Source of the DNA: a virus
DNA: 64,000 bases
Virus record (IMG/VR): IMGVR_UViG_3300036770_003984
Span: 32,001-96,000 of that record
Strand: one strand, 5' to 3'
Below are positions 30,815 through 39,591 of the stretch, in pieces. The position numbers were made by a program, and so were the translations under genes. The notes beneath the pieces are model-generated. The model saw only the letters and a program-made list of their open reading frames with translations. It was not told the origin of the DNA and made no database searches. Position 1 is the stretch's first letter; every line of letters starts with the position of its first letter.

Positions 30815-31306
30815 TTATACCAATTCTAAGTGATTTTCTTCACAAAACCAATAGGGAACATCACGATTTTTCCAAGAAACAAAATCTTTTTTTGCCCAAA
30901 TGTAATAGTTTCTATAAGATTGGATAACATCTTTAACCTTATATTCATCAGGCATTGCTTTGGGTGGTTCAGTGAAACCTTTGTCACAAATATTGACAAA
31001 ATTTGTTACGCACCACTCAATAACATCTTGGGACTTATGACGTTTTCCATATCTATAAGTATACTCCTTACACAATTCCAATCCAAGTTCACATAGATAT
31101 AAATAGTTAGATAATGATTCTCTAACCCATATTGAACAAGGGTGATTTTTGTGGGATAATTTATAAGGGATATCCAATTTGGAATTTGTTACGTGGTGGG
31201 CAGAACATAATAGTTGAGCCGTTTCCAATATCATCTTAACAACGTGTTTGTCACAATGGTATTTAGCACATTTGACAACATCATAATCCAAAAAGAAAAT
31301 GTTCAT
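30815..31306 (-). CDS. Pyrimidine-dimer DNA glycosylase / endonuclease V family
   Basis: MNIFFLD....CA.YHCDKHVVKMILETAQLL, HKNHPCSIW, YRNYY. Confidence 0.8.
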   Translation of the reverse strand: MNIFFLDYDVVKCAKYHCDKHVVKMILETAQLLCSAHHVTNSKLDIPYKLSHKNHPCSIWVRESLSNYLYLCELGLELCKEYTYRYGKRHKSQDVIEWCVTNFVNICDKGFTEPPKAMPDEYKVKDVIQSYRNYYIWAKKDFVSWKNRDVPYWFCEENHLELV

Positions 31307-31365
31307 TTTTATTTATGTTGAATGGTGAAAGGTTCTACTTTGGGTAATAAGGAATTTCATCAAAA

Positions 31366-31953
31366 TCATTTTCCTCCCTCAAGAGTTTTTAAAGCTTCCA
31401 AATAAACTTCTATTGCTTTCAAGTAAAGATTAAAATTTCCACCCCTCATATTCTTAAGTAACTCTTTTTTCTCTTGAAGATAAGTAACAGCGAAAGATTT
31501 ATCATACTCAACAATAGATGAAATGTTCTCAATCAAGTCAGCATATTTAACTGTTTGACAATAAGCAGGAATTCTACCAAGTCTTTCAACTTCCATAGCT
31601 TTTCTTTTGGCTCTATTGACTTTAGGATAAGCTTCTTTGGTGTAGGTGTCGGTTAAATGACCAATACCTGAAACAATCATCTCAGTACTTAAATAGGGAT
31701 AACCAATCTCACTTAATTTTTTTCTTAAAGTTTCAATAGTACAAGGAGTATCTTCCAATAAATCATGACCTAACGATATTTCTATTGCAAATACTTCACC
31801 ATTACTAAAAGAATCTGATTTATATTTATTTACTAATTCTGCGACAGCCAATGGATGAGTCCAATAAGGTTCGCCCGTATATTTTCTCACTTGAGTGCCA
31901 TGTTGTTCTTTGACAAACTCAAGAAATTTTTCTTGTTGTTCTGTTAATACCAT
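31366..31953 (-). CDS. Stand-alone HD-domain protein, (p)ppGpp hydrolase-like
   Basis: H.TQVRKYTGEPY.THP..VA, HDLLEDT, VKYAD.IEN. Confidence 0.8.
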   Translation of the reverse strand: MVLTEQQEKFLEFVKEQHGTQVRKYTGEPYWTHPLAVAELVNKYKSDSFSNGEVFAIEISLGHDLLEDTPCTIETLRKKLSEIGYPYLSTEMIVSGIGHLTDTYTKEAYPKVNRAKRKAMEVERLGRIPAYCQTVKYADLIENISSIVEYDKSFAVTYLQEKKELLKNMRGGNFNLYLKAIEVYLEALKTLEGGK

Positions 31954-32187
31954 AATTCTTTTTTGCTTTTATTTTTACGTGAATATTGTTTTGAACTTTT
32001 GTGTACCTTAGTTACTGATACAAATCCGTGGGGATGTTTCTCCAAATATTCCAATCTAGCACCATTACCAATGGCATCAATAGTTATTCGTATTTTAGTC
32101 TTTGATTTCATAATATGTTTGGAATAAAGTTAATTTATGGTTTCTGATAATAGAACCAAACATACTAAAATAAAGTTCCTAAATAGG

Positions 32188-32910
32188 TTAAAATTTTGTT
32201 GTTTGTTTGGGTGGTAATGGTGGTGGTACTACAGAACTACCTTTTATCTGACTATATTCTGCTCTACTACTTAGTGGTACCCATCCTGTATCTTGCATAT
32301 CTTTTGTCCAAACTAATGTATTACCATTTATTTCACCTCTTTGGTACATAAGTTTTAACTTATTAAAATCAATTGGAGTTTTTGGGTTTGTGGAAATATA
32401 CCAATTACCACCTATAACATCACTTAACTCAGCTTGGGATTTTGGTATACCTTGTCCTTTTCTTGTATCCCTATTATCCTTACAAAATGTTGTAGAATAA
32501 TAGTCATAAATTTTAGGTACATAAACGTCCTCCATCCATTTAGGAATAACATTCATATCCTTACCAGTTTTACAAGAAAAAACAATAGTAAATTTATTTT
32601 TACTATGTATATCACCAGTAAGAGTAACACTATTTACAAAATTTGTTACATTTCTTCTAATATCACGACCAAGTCTAGTATTGAATCCCTCTATAGTTTC
32701 AACATCAAATTTAGCAATACCCATTAACGGATTTTCATCAATTTTTTTAATTCTAGCATACCCTAATAATTTATTTCCACCAATACCTTGGTATACCTCA
32801 ACCCTATCATTTATTTGTGGAGGGTTAGTATTTTCTTTCAATAAATTACGTAATTCCAATCTTTGATTTGCTTCTTGGATATGTCTTATTTTACTATAAC
32901 TTCTATTCAT
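32188..32910 (-). CDS. Hypothetical, candidate head protein with C-terminal GYF_2-like domain
   Basis: N-terminal SYSKIRHIQEANQRLE..LLKE; C-terminal INGNTLVWTKDMQDTGWVP. Confidence 0.6.
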   Translation of the reverse strand: MNRSYSKIRHIQEANQRLELRNLLKENTNPPQINDRVEVYQGIGGNKLLGYARIKKIDENPLMGIAKFDVETIEGFNTRLGRDIRRNVTNFVNSVTLTGDIHSKNKFTIVFSCKTGKDMNVIPKWMEDVYVPKIYDYYSTTFCKDNRDTRKGQGIPKSQAELSDVIGGNWYISTNPKTPIDFNKLKLMYQRGEINGNTLVWTKDMQDTGWVPLSSRAEYSQIKGSSVVPPPLPPKQTTKF

Positions 32911-32953
32911 AAACTTTTTTTTAAATAAATATCACATTATGAATTAAAATTTA

Positions 32954-33259
32954 TCAAATTTTCTTTCTAACAAATTCTCCCAAGTCATAATCATTTGGAT
33001 GATTCAAAATTTCTTTTTTGGTTACACAAATAATATCATTATTCAAAGGTAAATCTTCAGCATTCATATTATACATATCCAATATTTCAATCGGTGATAA
33101 TACCCTATGTGTAAAATCTCCAGAATCACCCCACTCTGATATAACGTGATATTTTTCTTTCCAACCAGATTTTATAAATGTAACACAAAAAGGTTCATTA
33201 TTTCCGTGTGGGAAATAATATGTTATATTCAATCCTTTTTTAATAATTTTTGGTTCCAT
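32954..33259 (-). CDS. Hypothetical protein
   Basis: 101 aa ORF. Confidence 0.6.
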   Translation of the reverse strand: MEPKIIKKGLNITYYFPHGNNEPFCVTFIKSGWKEKYHVISEWGDSGDFTHRVLSPIEILDMYNMNAEDLPLNNDIICVTKKEILNHPNDYDLGEFVRKKI

Positions 33260-33266
33260 AATATAT

Positions 33267-33515
33267 TCAATTTTTATTACAATCTTTTATCCCATCTTTA
33301 TAACCTTGCAAATAAATTGAATCCACATTAATTACCTTGTTTGATTTAATCTCAATTGGTTTTGGGTATTGTTTTGGGACAATCATAAAACCAAGAATAA
33401 ATAATATAAACCCAACAATAAATAAATAAAAACCTCGATTATCTATAAAAGAGAAAGAAGAAAAACAAGCAAATAATCCAATAACCATAAAAATTGAACC
33501 AAATAATAAATCCAT
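33267..33515 (-). CDS. Hypothetical membrane protein
   Basis: Two TM helices. Confidence 0.6.
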   Translation of the reverse strand: MDLLFGSIFMVIGLFACFSSFSFIDNRGFYLFIVGFILFILGFMIVPKQYPKPIEIKSNKVINVDSIYLQGYKDGIKDCNKN

Positions 33516-33539
33516 AATTTCTTTTTTTTAAAATGTTAG

Positions 33540-33566
33540 TACCCAAGGTGGGACTCGAACCCACAC
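33540..33566 (-). pseudogene. 3' remnant of a tRNA-Leu-type gene (T-arm plus acceptor strand)
   Basis: GTGGG-TTCGAGT-CCCAC-CTTGGGT-A with no 5' half; abuts the HNH stop. Confidence 0.7.
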
Positions 33567-33583
33567 AAATATTTTAATAAATT

Positions 33584-34264
33584 TTATTCAAAAGTTGTTA
33601 ACCATTTTCTTATTGTGTTATCACTCACACCATATTTTCTTCCAGTACCTGAATACCCCAACTCAGTAACTTCACTCAATAATTGATTAAATGGAGGGCG
33701 ATTTACTTTTCTGTTTTTAATACTCCAACACTTTTCACACATTTTTGACTTCAAATTAATTTCCTTTCCACAATCACAAGTCTTTTCTACTTTTATTTTT
33801 TCAGTTTTAATTTTACTTTTTAATTTATTTGATTTCTTAATATTTGAATAATTATGTTCTTGCATATGACAATTAGAACACAAAATCCTCAAGTTATCTA
33901 ACTTATTATTAAATCTGTTTCCATCAATATGGTGAAGTTCTAATGGTATAGGTTTTCCCATCCATTCATCCAACTTACAACATTCACATTTTTTTTCCTT
34001 TATTCCATCATTAATCAATAAATTTCTCAATTTGGACGTAACCACAACATCTTTCTTTATATAATCCAATACATTAGATTTTCTATTTGATGTTTTTTTA
34101 CCTTTTAGTCCTTGATTACCATTATACGTTATCCCAAGTTTTTTCAAATATGAATTTAAAGTTTCAGGTTTACACTCTAAAAATTTACAAATATTTGATT
34201 TAGATTCATTATTCTTAATCATAGAAAGGATTATTTCCTTTTTTTCTATTATGTCATTTCTCAT
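33584..34264 (-). CDS. HNH homing endonuclease
   Basis: CECC...LELHHIDGNRFNNKLDNLRILCSNCH; HTH-like ends. Confidence 0.88.
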   Translation of the reverse strand: MRNDIIEKKEIILSMIKNNESKSNICKFLECKPETLNSYLKKLGITYNGNQGLKGKKTSNRKSNVLDYIKKDVVVTSKLRNLLINDGIKEKKCECCKLDEWMGKPIPLELHHIDGNRFNNKLDNLRILCSNCHMQEHNYSNIKKSNKLKSKIKTEKIKVEKTCDCGKEINLKSKMCEKCWSIKNRKVNRPPFNQLLSEVTELGYSGTGRKYGVSDNTIRKWLTTFE

Positions 34265-34331
34265 AGTAATATTTATTATATAAATATATTATACACTATG
34301 AAAAGTATAATAGTAAGTATACTATTTTTTG

Positions 34332-34415
34332 TACCTAAGAAGAGATTCGAACTCTTACTCCTTTAAACGGAATTTGGGTCTAAGCCAAACGTGTCTACCA
34401 TTCCACCACTCAGGT
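34332..34415 (-). tRNA. tRNA-Leu(TAG)
   Basis: ACCTGAG/CTTAGGT acceptor, TTTGG-CT-TAG-AC-CCAAA, long variable arm. Confidence 0.85.
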
Positions 34416-34549
34416 AATTTTTTAAAGGTTAAATCCAAATTTAATTAGATAAACCAATCCCAATACAATAAGAGCAAGCATTGCACCAGAGAACATAACC
34501 ATTGCAAATTCTTTTTGTGCGTTTGTTTTACCTTGATTTTCGTTTTTCA

Positions 34550-34810
34550 TTATAAAAATTTTTTGTAATCTATAAAATGTTTATTTACCCACATATTACC
34601 TGTTATTTGAGTTGTATGTTCTTTTTTACTTTTCTCAAAAACATCAACCATAGTTTTTCTTTCATTGTCAAGTTCGTCCCAAAGATAAGAAATAACTATG
34701 TTTAATTTTCTTTTTTCCTCTGTATTATGTTTAGCTTCTCTAGTAAGTTTTTCAACTTTATCTATAACGTTTTGAAGAGGTGTTTTATTTTGTGTTAATT
34801 TAGAATTCAT
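34550..34810 (-). CDS. Hypothetical protein
   Basis: 86 aa ORF. Confidence 0.6.
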   Translation of the reverse strand: MNSKLTQNKTPLQNVIDKVEKLTREAKHNTEEKRKLNIVISYLWDELDNERKTMVDVFEKSKKEHTTQITGNMWVNKHFIDYKKFL

Positions 34811-34828
34811 ATCTTAATAATGATTTAT

Positions 34829-35002
34829 TTAGTTTATATCAAGTTCAAGCTGACTCTCACTAAATATATGCAACATACCATTATTTATTAATTCTGCCAC
34901 AATTCTTGTTTCACCAGATGTGGTTTGGAATACCGCAACAACAATACCTGGGAATTTGTAACCTTTCGGTTTGTAAACTTTGTCTCCTACTTTAAATTTC
35001 AT
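34829..35002 (-). CDS. Small SH3-like protein resembling the DfrB/R67 fold (57 aa, not in ORF track)
   Basis: FKVGDKVYKPKGYKFPGIVVAVF...GMLHIFSESQLE; LHIF at the position of R67 VQIY. Confidence 0.45.
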   Translation of the reverse strand: MKFKVGDKVYKPKGYKFPGIVVAVFQTTSGETRIVAELINNGMLHIFSESQLELDIN

Positions 35003-35027
35003 AATTTTTTTTAAATAATATAATGAT

Positions 35028-35418
35028 TTATTTGTAAGATGAAAAATATTTTTCAGTGTAATGTTTTAGAATACTATCACTATTGGTGTATTTGGTATTA
35101 ATTGTATTACTGAAGAAAAAACTATTATCATCCAATATAAGCAAGTATTCGTCTCTAATGGACTCAAAATTTGTTAATCCATCTGTGTTGAATTGATTAA
35201 CACGACTTTTAAAATTTTCCAATTTTTCTTTAATACAATTTAAATCAATATTTGGAAAAAGATATGTTAATCGTGTCAATAAATTTGGATAGATGAATTG
35301 TAGTTTTGAATCTTCTTTAAGAAAGATTAAAATACCAACATTTACTTGTTCATCCAATACCACTGAAGGTCGGAATTTTAATAAACTATATTCTGCGTTT
35401 TTGAAAGCCGTTAGATTT
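35028..35418 (-). CDS. DUF3037-like protein (start uncertain)
   Basis: Frame extends above the GTG at 35363 to give YSLLKFRPSVVLDEQVNVGILIF; no clean ATG. Confidence 0.55.
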
Positions 35419-35464
35419 TAAGTTATCAATTTACATAGAACTCTTGTACTTCTTTAAAATTTAG

Positions 35465-35537
35465 TACACCCAACAGGATTCGAACCTGTAACCTATTGCT
35501 TAGAAGGCAATTGCTCTTCCAGTTGAGCTATGGGTGC
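35465..35537 (-). tRNA. tRNA-Arg(TCT)
   Basis: Canonical cloverleaf, ATTGC-CT-TCT-AA-GCAAT. Confidence 0.9.
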
Positions 35538-35659
35538 GAATATTCCGCCACTTGACCATATTAATTAAAACATCTTGTTTAGGGTAGGTGGGTGCACGTC
35601 ACCTTTAATCTAAACCTCTTTGCCATCATTTTCTTTACGAGTTGATGTTTTAAATATTG

Positions 35660-35806
35660 TAGTCCTAATAGGATTTGAACCTATACGTAGATTTTGTATG
35701 TGCTTTTATCTTTGAAATCATCTACTAATTCCCGTTAATAGCGTTACACGAACCTAACAGAGCCATACACATACTCTCACAGCGTCTTCCATTCCGCCAC
35801 AGGACT
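35660..35806 (-). ncRNA. tRNA-scaffold RNA A (147 nt)
   Basis: AGTCCTG/TAGGACT-A acceptor, Leu-type D arm, T arm; anticodon arm replaced by an insert of about 97 nt. Confidence 0.75.
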
Positions 35807-35817
35807 TTGTTAAGTCA

Positions 35818-36105
35818 TTACCAACTATTCACAAATCGAATTTTATGTACTCCATCAGGTATTTCAGAAACAATAATCTCAAAACCTTCTACTTCATCTC
35901 CAAAATATTCGTGTTTTGGTATATTAATCTCCAATTTTTCTTCTAATAGATACCTTCCTGGATATCTACTACCAAAATATTCTGCAGTTTCTTTTGGAAG
36001 CTCTTGTATTTCCGCTTCAATACAAGCAATTACAACTTTAGCGTGTTTCTTATAATTTTCATTTTCAGGTGAAACAAAACCTATAATATGTGTTGACATT
36101 CCCAT
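35818..36105 (-). CDS. Hypothetical protein
   Basis: 95 aa ORF. Confidence 0.7.
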   Translation of the reverse strand: MGMSTHIIGFVSPENENYKKHAKVVIACIEAEIQELPKETAEYFGSRYPGRYLLEEKLEINIPKHEYFGDEVEGFEIIVSEIPDGVHKIRFVNSW

Positions 36106-36129
36106 TTTATTATATTTTTTAATTTTTAG

Positions 36130-36275
36130 TAGTCCTGACAGGAATCGAACCTGTATTTACAACAACACCAATCTGACACATCCGTACCAGTAGAGGAATC
36201 GAACCTCAATATATTGTAACCCCCTTTGGGCTAATGGGATTTGCACCCAAACGTCTTCCATTCCGCCACAGGACT
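36130..36275 (-). ncRNA. tRNA-scaffold RNA B (146 nt)
   Basis: Same ends as A; insert with internal T-arm-like hairpins. Confidence 0.75.
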
Positions 36276-36280
36276 AAATT

Positions 36281-36553
36281 TTAATTTAAACTATCTAATT
36301 CCATACAATATCTTATGAATCTTTGTTCACCATCTTCAGTCTTATATTTGTATTCACCTTCATAAGGTGTATAATAACCTCTGTCATCAAATGGTTCAAA
36401 ACCTATATACTCAACACTTTCATCAAATATAGGACCTTCAACACCCATATATTGATTCAAAAGTAATTCAGCTTTTTCAATAGTACTTGCAGTTAGAATA
36501 GGAAGTCTATCGTTGCTATCTAAGATTATATAAATAAGTGCCATAATATTCAA
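36281..36553 (-). CDS. Hypothetical protein
   Basis: 90 aa ORF. Confidence 0.6.
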   Translation of the reverse strand: MNIMALIYIILDSNDRLPILTASTIEKAELLLNQYMGVEGPIFDESVEYIGFEPFDDRGYYTPYEGEYKYKTEDGEQRFIRYCMELDSLN

Positions 36554-36709
36554 AGTTTTAAAAGTTTTAAAAGTTTTCGGTTTTTCTATTCCAAACCTTA
36601 AAGTCAGGTAACATTCTAAGTGTCAACCACTACTTGTGAATTATTAGGTGTCACAACCAATTTATTAACAATTAAAAAGAAGATAAAGTTCAAAATAAGA
36701 CCTTCATTT

Positions 36710-36928
36710 TTAGAAATATTTTCTTGACGCGTCTTCAATTGTTCCATATTCACCCCCAACACCATTTATAAATTTAAATCCTTTATAAACATTTGACTTA
36801 AGAAGAATATGTTCTAACATACCACACATAACATACTTTTCAGCTGCATTGTGATAATCTGAAGCCAACATTTCATTTACATAAGTTTTATATTCTTCAA
36901 TATTAAATGTTTTTTTCTCTTTAGCCAT
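36710..36928 (-). CDS. Hypothetical protein
   Basis: 72 aa ORF with TATCTTTG promoter upstream. Confidence 0.65.
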   Translation of the reverse strand: MAKEKKTFNIEEYKTYVNEMLASDYHNAAEKYVMCGMLEHILLKSNVYKGFKFINGVGGEYGTIEDASRKYF

Positions 36929-37017
36929 TGTGATTATGTGTTTCAGTGATTAATAAGACAAAGATAGTTGTTCTTCCTGAATTATTCACTTTTTCCTATG
37001 TTTTTTTTTTAAAATTT

Positions 37018-37250
37018 TGGGGTATCTTCCAAGTTAGCTACACTTTTTCAACACCCCCTCATCCTGTAGAAATGGACTAGTGTTTTTTGCCTTTTGTAGA
37101 AAATGCGAGTGACTATCTCGTGTAAACTGCCAACGTCTGGTCTTGGCAACCCTGGTTATAGTGACATATTAACCATAATACGTGGTTGTGTTAACATATT
37201 AACCAAATACGGCAGTTGAGGGCTAGCTGACCACCCAATCTATCTACATC
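37018..37250 (-). ncRNA. Candidate structured ncRNA
   Basis: GC-enriched, ORF-free; four nested long-range helices. Confidence 0.45.
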
Positions 37251-37262
37251 AATTGGGATTTT

Positions 37263-37337
37263 TGGAGCTGGTATGAGGAATCGAACCCCATTATCTTGAT
37301 TACAAGTCAAGTGCATCACCACTTATGCTTTACCAGC
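37263..37337 (-). tRNA. tRNA-Thr(TGT)
   Basis: CTTGA-CT-TGT-AA-TCAAG; encoded CCA. Confidence 0.9.
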
Positions 37338-37344
37338 CAATGTA

Positions 37345-37596
37345 TTATCTTCTTTTATAAACGTAGGTTATTGTATCCCCTATTTTATATACATCACTTC
37401 TTCTTGTCATTATCAATTCATCACAATCGGTTTTATAATTATATCTCTTACCAAATTCAATTGTGGATGGAGATTCTGTTATATACATCGTATCAATCAC
37501 ACACTTCTTAACAATATCACCAGGTTCTATTGTGGGGTGTTTGTTACAGGATACAAAGATAGTGATTAAAGTTGAAAACCAAAATATTTTTTTCAT
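37345..37596 (-). CDS. Putative lipoprotein
   Basis: MKKIFWFSTLITIFVSC lipobox. Confidence 0.6.
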   Translation of the reverse strand: MKKIFWFSTLITIFVSCNKHPTIEPGDIVKKCVIDTMYITESPSTIEFGKRYNYKTDCDELIMTRRSDVYKIGDTITYVYKRR

Positions 37597-38198
37597 TTTT
37601 CCATATGTTTTATAACCCAATTAGCAAATTTTCTATGACCACTCGCAGCAAAATGAATTCCATCACCAGTATCACTATAAAACATTGTAGTGTCCATTGG
37701 AATTATCTTACAATTTTTTAAACCAGTTTTCTCGTGAACCATCAACTTTTGAAACTCAATGTATCTTCCAACACATCTCTTGGTTGTTTCCGCGTCATAG
37801 ACAGTCTTTGTTGTTACTTGAGCTGGATTAAAACCAACAATTACAATTGGTTCAATTCCTCTTCTATTACAACTATCAACCATCATTTGAATGTTATTAA
37901 CAGCACCTTGGAGATTTACATAAGAGAAAGCATCATTACATCCACCATAGATAAAAACACTTGAAAAAGCTGAATCGTTTTTAAAACAAGCGTTTAGGGT
38001 TGTCCTCATATAATCCGTTCTAACACCACCTTTTGATAGATTCACCCTTTGATATCCAAAATGTTTTGAAACTTGATCCTGCCATCCACCAGTCGCACAG
38101 GTTAAACTATCACCGATAAATAATACCCTACGTGGGGGTGTATATGACCAAGATGTCAATAATACAAATAATACTAAAAATACTAAAAATTTTTTCAT
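37593..38198 (-). CDS. Secreted SGNH/GDSL hydrolase
   Basis: Signal peptide; FIGDSL, GGCND, DGIH. Confidence 0.82.
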   Translation of the reverse strand: MKKFLVFLVLFVLLTSWSYTPPRRVLFIGDSLTCATGGWQDQVSKHFGYQRVNLSKGGVRTDYMRTTLNACFKNDSAFSSVFIYGGCNDAFSYVNLQGAVNNIQMMVDSCNRRGIEPIVIVGFNPAQVTTKTVYDAETTKRCVGRYIEFQKLMVHEKTGLKNCKIIPMDTTMFYSDTGDGIHFAASGHRKFANWVIKHMEK

Positions 38199-38229
38199 AA
38201 ATTAAATTTAAAAAATGTTTATTGTTTAG

Positions 38230-38303
38230 TGGAGGATGTCGGCTTTGCTCCGACCACCTCTTGTGTGCAAAACAAGTGCTCTTGCTGAATGAGCTAATCC
38301 CCC
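38230..38303 (-). tRNA. tRNA-Ala(TGC) with atypical D and T loops
   Basis: G3:U70 acceptor GGGGGAT/ATCCTCC; T-loop AGCAAAG. Confidence 0.8.
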
Positions 38304-38376
38304 TTTTTGTATTATGTAATCGTGCTTAAATTTTAGACGTAAGGAAGCTATACACCAACCGACTTACTTTCTCCTA

Positions 38377-38589
38377 TTACATAATTTTTCTCCATAAACC
38401 ACCAGCCAAACATTTGAAATCATCAAAACTTGTTACTCTGATTGGATTTTCTTCATATTGCCATATTTTGCAGGTTATATGAATTTCACCACTTCTAAAG
38501 TCTTTTTTTAAGAAGGTATATAAACCATCACGAGACTTAATATGGATTTTATCCCCAGTTCTAAGATTTCTAAATTCAGACTGATTCAT
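38377..38589 (-). CDS. Hypothetical protein
   Basis: 70 aa ORF between tRNAs. Confidence 0.6.
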   Translation of the reverse strand: MNQSEFRNLRTGDKIHIKSRDGLYTFLKKDFRSGEIHITCKIWQYEENPIRVTSFDDFKCLAGGLWRKIM

Positions 38590-38605
38590 AATGAATTTTT
38601 AAATT

Positions 38606-38680
38606 TGGAGCAGTAAGCGAGACTCGAACTCGCAACATCTTGTTTGGAAGACAAGAACTCTACCATTGAGCTATTACTGC
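38606..38680 (-). tRNA. tRNA-Gly(TCC)
   Basis: Canonical; U73; encoded CCA. Confidence 0.9.
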
Positions 38681-38689
38681 AAATTAGAA

Positions 38690-38886
38690 ATGAAAGTCCT
38701 TCCATAAGTATTATATGGGCAAGAGTTTTACGATGGTTTGTTCCCCATAGCCTGATACCGTGCACAGTAGAGCAGGGTCTCCTACATAACAACTTGGGTC
38801 ATTATTACTCTCGATTTAGGTTGCGATCCTCTGAGAGCCAAGTTCTCTTTCAATGGTGCTAATCCATCCTATGTAAGGTTTCATTT
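38690..38886 (-). ncRNA. Candidate structured ncRNA
   Basis: Closing AAATGAAA/TTTCATTT; internal AACTTGG/CCAAGTT and CTCTC/GAGAG helices. Confidence 0.45.
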
Positions 38887-38892
38887 CTTTTG

Positions 38893-38978
38893 TGGGTGCC
38901 GAGGGATTCGAACCCCCAAGTTTAGCATGTAGCAACTGATTTACAGTCAGCATCCTTCACCAATTTGGATAGACACCC
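38893..38978 (-). tRNA. tRNA-Tyr(GTA)
   Basis: CTGA-CT-GTA-AA-TCAG; long variable arm. Confidence 0.88.
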
Positions 38979-38992
38979 TTTTTAATAATTTG

Positions 38993-39078
38993 ACGCAAGG
39001 TCCAGATTCGAACTGGAGTTCCACTTTCGCAGAAGAGGCTTATGAGACCCCTGACATTGACCACTCGTCCACCTTGCG
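38993..39078 (-). tRNA. tRNA-Met/Ile2(CAT) with long variable arm
   Basis: CGCAAGG/CCTTGCG, GGGGT-CT-CAT-AA-GCCTC, variable arm TTCTGC-GAAA-GTGGAA. Confidence 0.75.
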
Positions 39079-39087
39079 TGATGTTTG

Positions 39088-39220
39088 TTGATTAAAAAGG
39101 ATTCGAACCTTAATCCACAGTCCCTTGCTTCTATCGTTGCCAGCTATTGTCTCCTATTAGGGATATCGTTGCCAGCTATTGTCGACATGGAGTACCGAGT
39201 GCTACCATACACCATAATCA
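39088..39220 (-). ncRNA. Degenerate tRNA-like RNA with tandem-repeat insert
   Basis: TGATTA/TAATCA ends, GTG-TATGGTAG-CAC D arm, AAGG-TTCGAAT-CCTT T arm; insert has ACAATAGCTGGCAACGATA twice. Confidence 0.5.
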
Positions 39221-39272
39221 TTTCCGAGAGTTTCGAACCTCTCAGCCCCAGATTAATTACTTCTGAGATTTG

Positions 39273-39345
39273 TACACCATACGGGATTCGAACCCGTGAC
39301 TCCTCCGTGAAAGGGAGGTGACTTATACCCCTTGTCGAATGGTGC
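39273..39345 (-). tRNA. tRNA-Glu(TTC)
   Basis: CCTCC-CT-TTC-AC-GGAGG. Confidence 0.9.
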
Positions 39346-39467
39346 GTTTTTAAAAATTTGAGGATGAGAAATCCTCTGTGTTGTAGTGTACGATTATGTT
39401 ACTATTCCATAATTCAAGTAATGTCACTCATCTTTATATTTCCTTTCTCAAGGGAACAACACATTTG

Positions 39468-39574
39468 TAGTCCTGACAGGAGTCGAACCTGTATGATGAG
39501 TAGTAATGTTATTTAAGTGACAAGGTACTTACTCATCTATTCACTTCTAGCGTCTTCCATTCCGCCACAAGACT
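39468..39574 (-). ncRNA. tRNA-scaffold RNA C (107 nt)
   Basis: AGTCTTG/CAGGACT-A; pseudoknot-compatible insert; TAATTTTG box 9 nt upstream. Confidence 0.75.
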
Positions 39575-39583
39575 ATTGTCTCA

Positions 39584-39591
39584 CAAAATTA
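39584..39591 (-). promoter_or_regulatory. Bacteroidota -7 promoter box for scaffold RNA C
   Basis: TAATTTTG with TTTG upstream; same spacing at 40155 and 48870. Confidence 0.6.

Noticed and set aside
34829-35002. Trimethoprim-resistance DHFR (dfrB)
   Set aside because: Only fold-level resemblance; the catalytic VQIY is LHIF.
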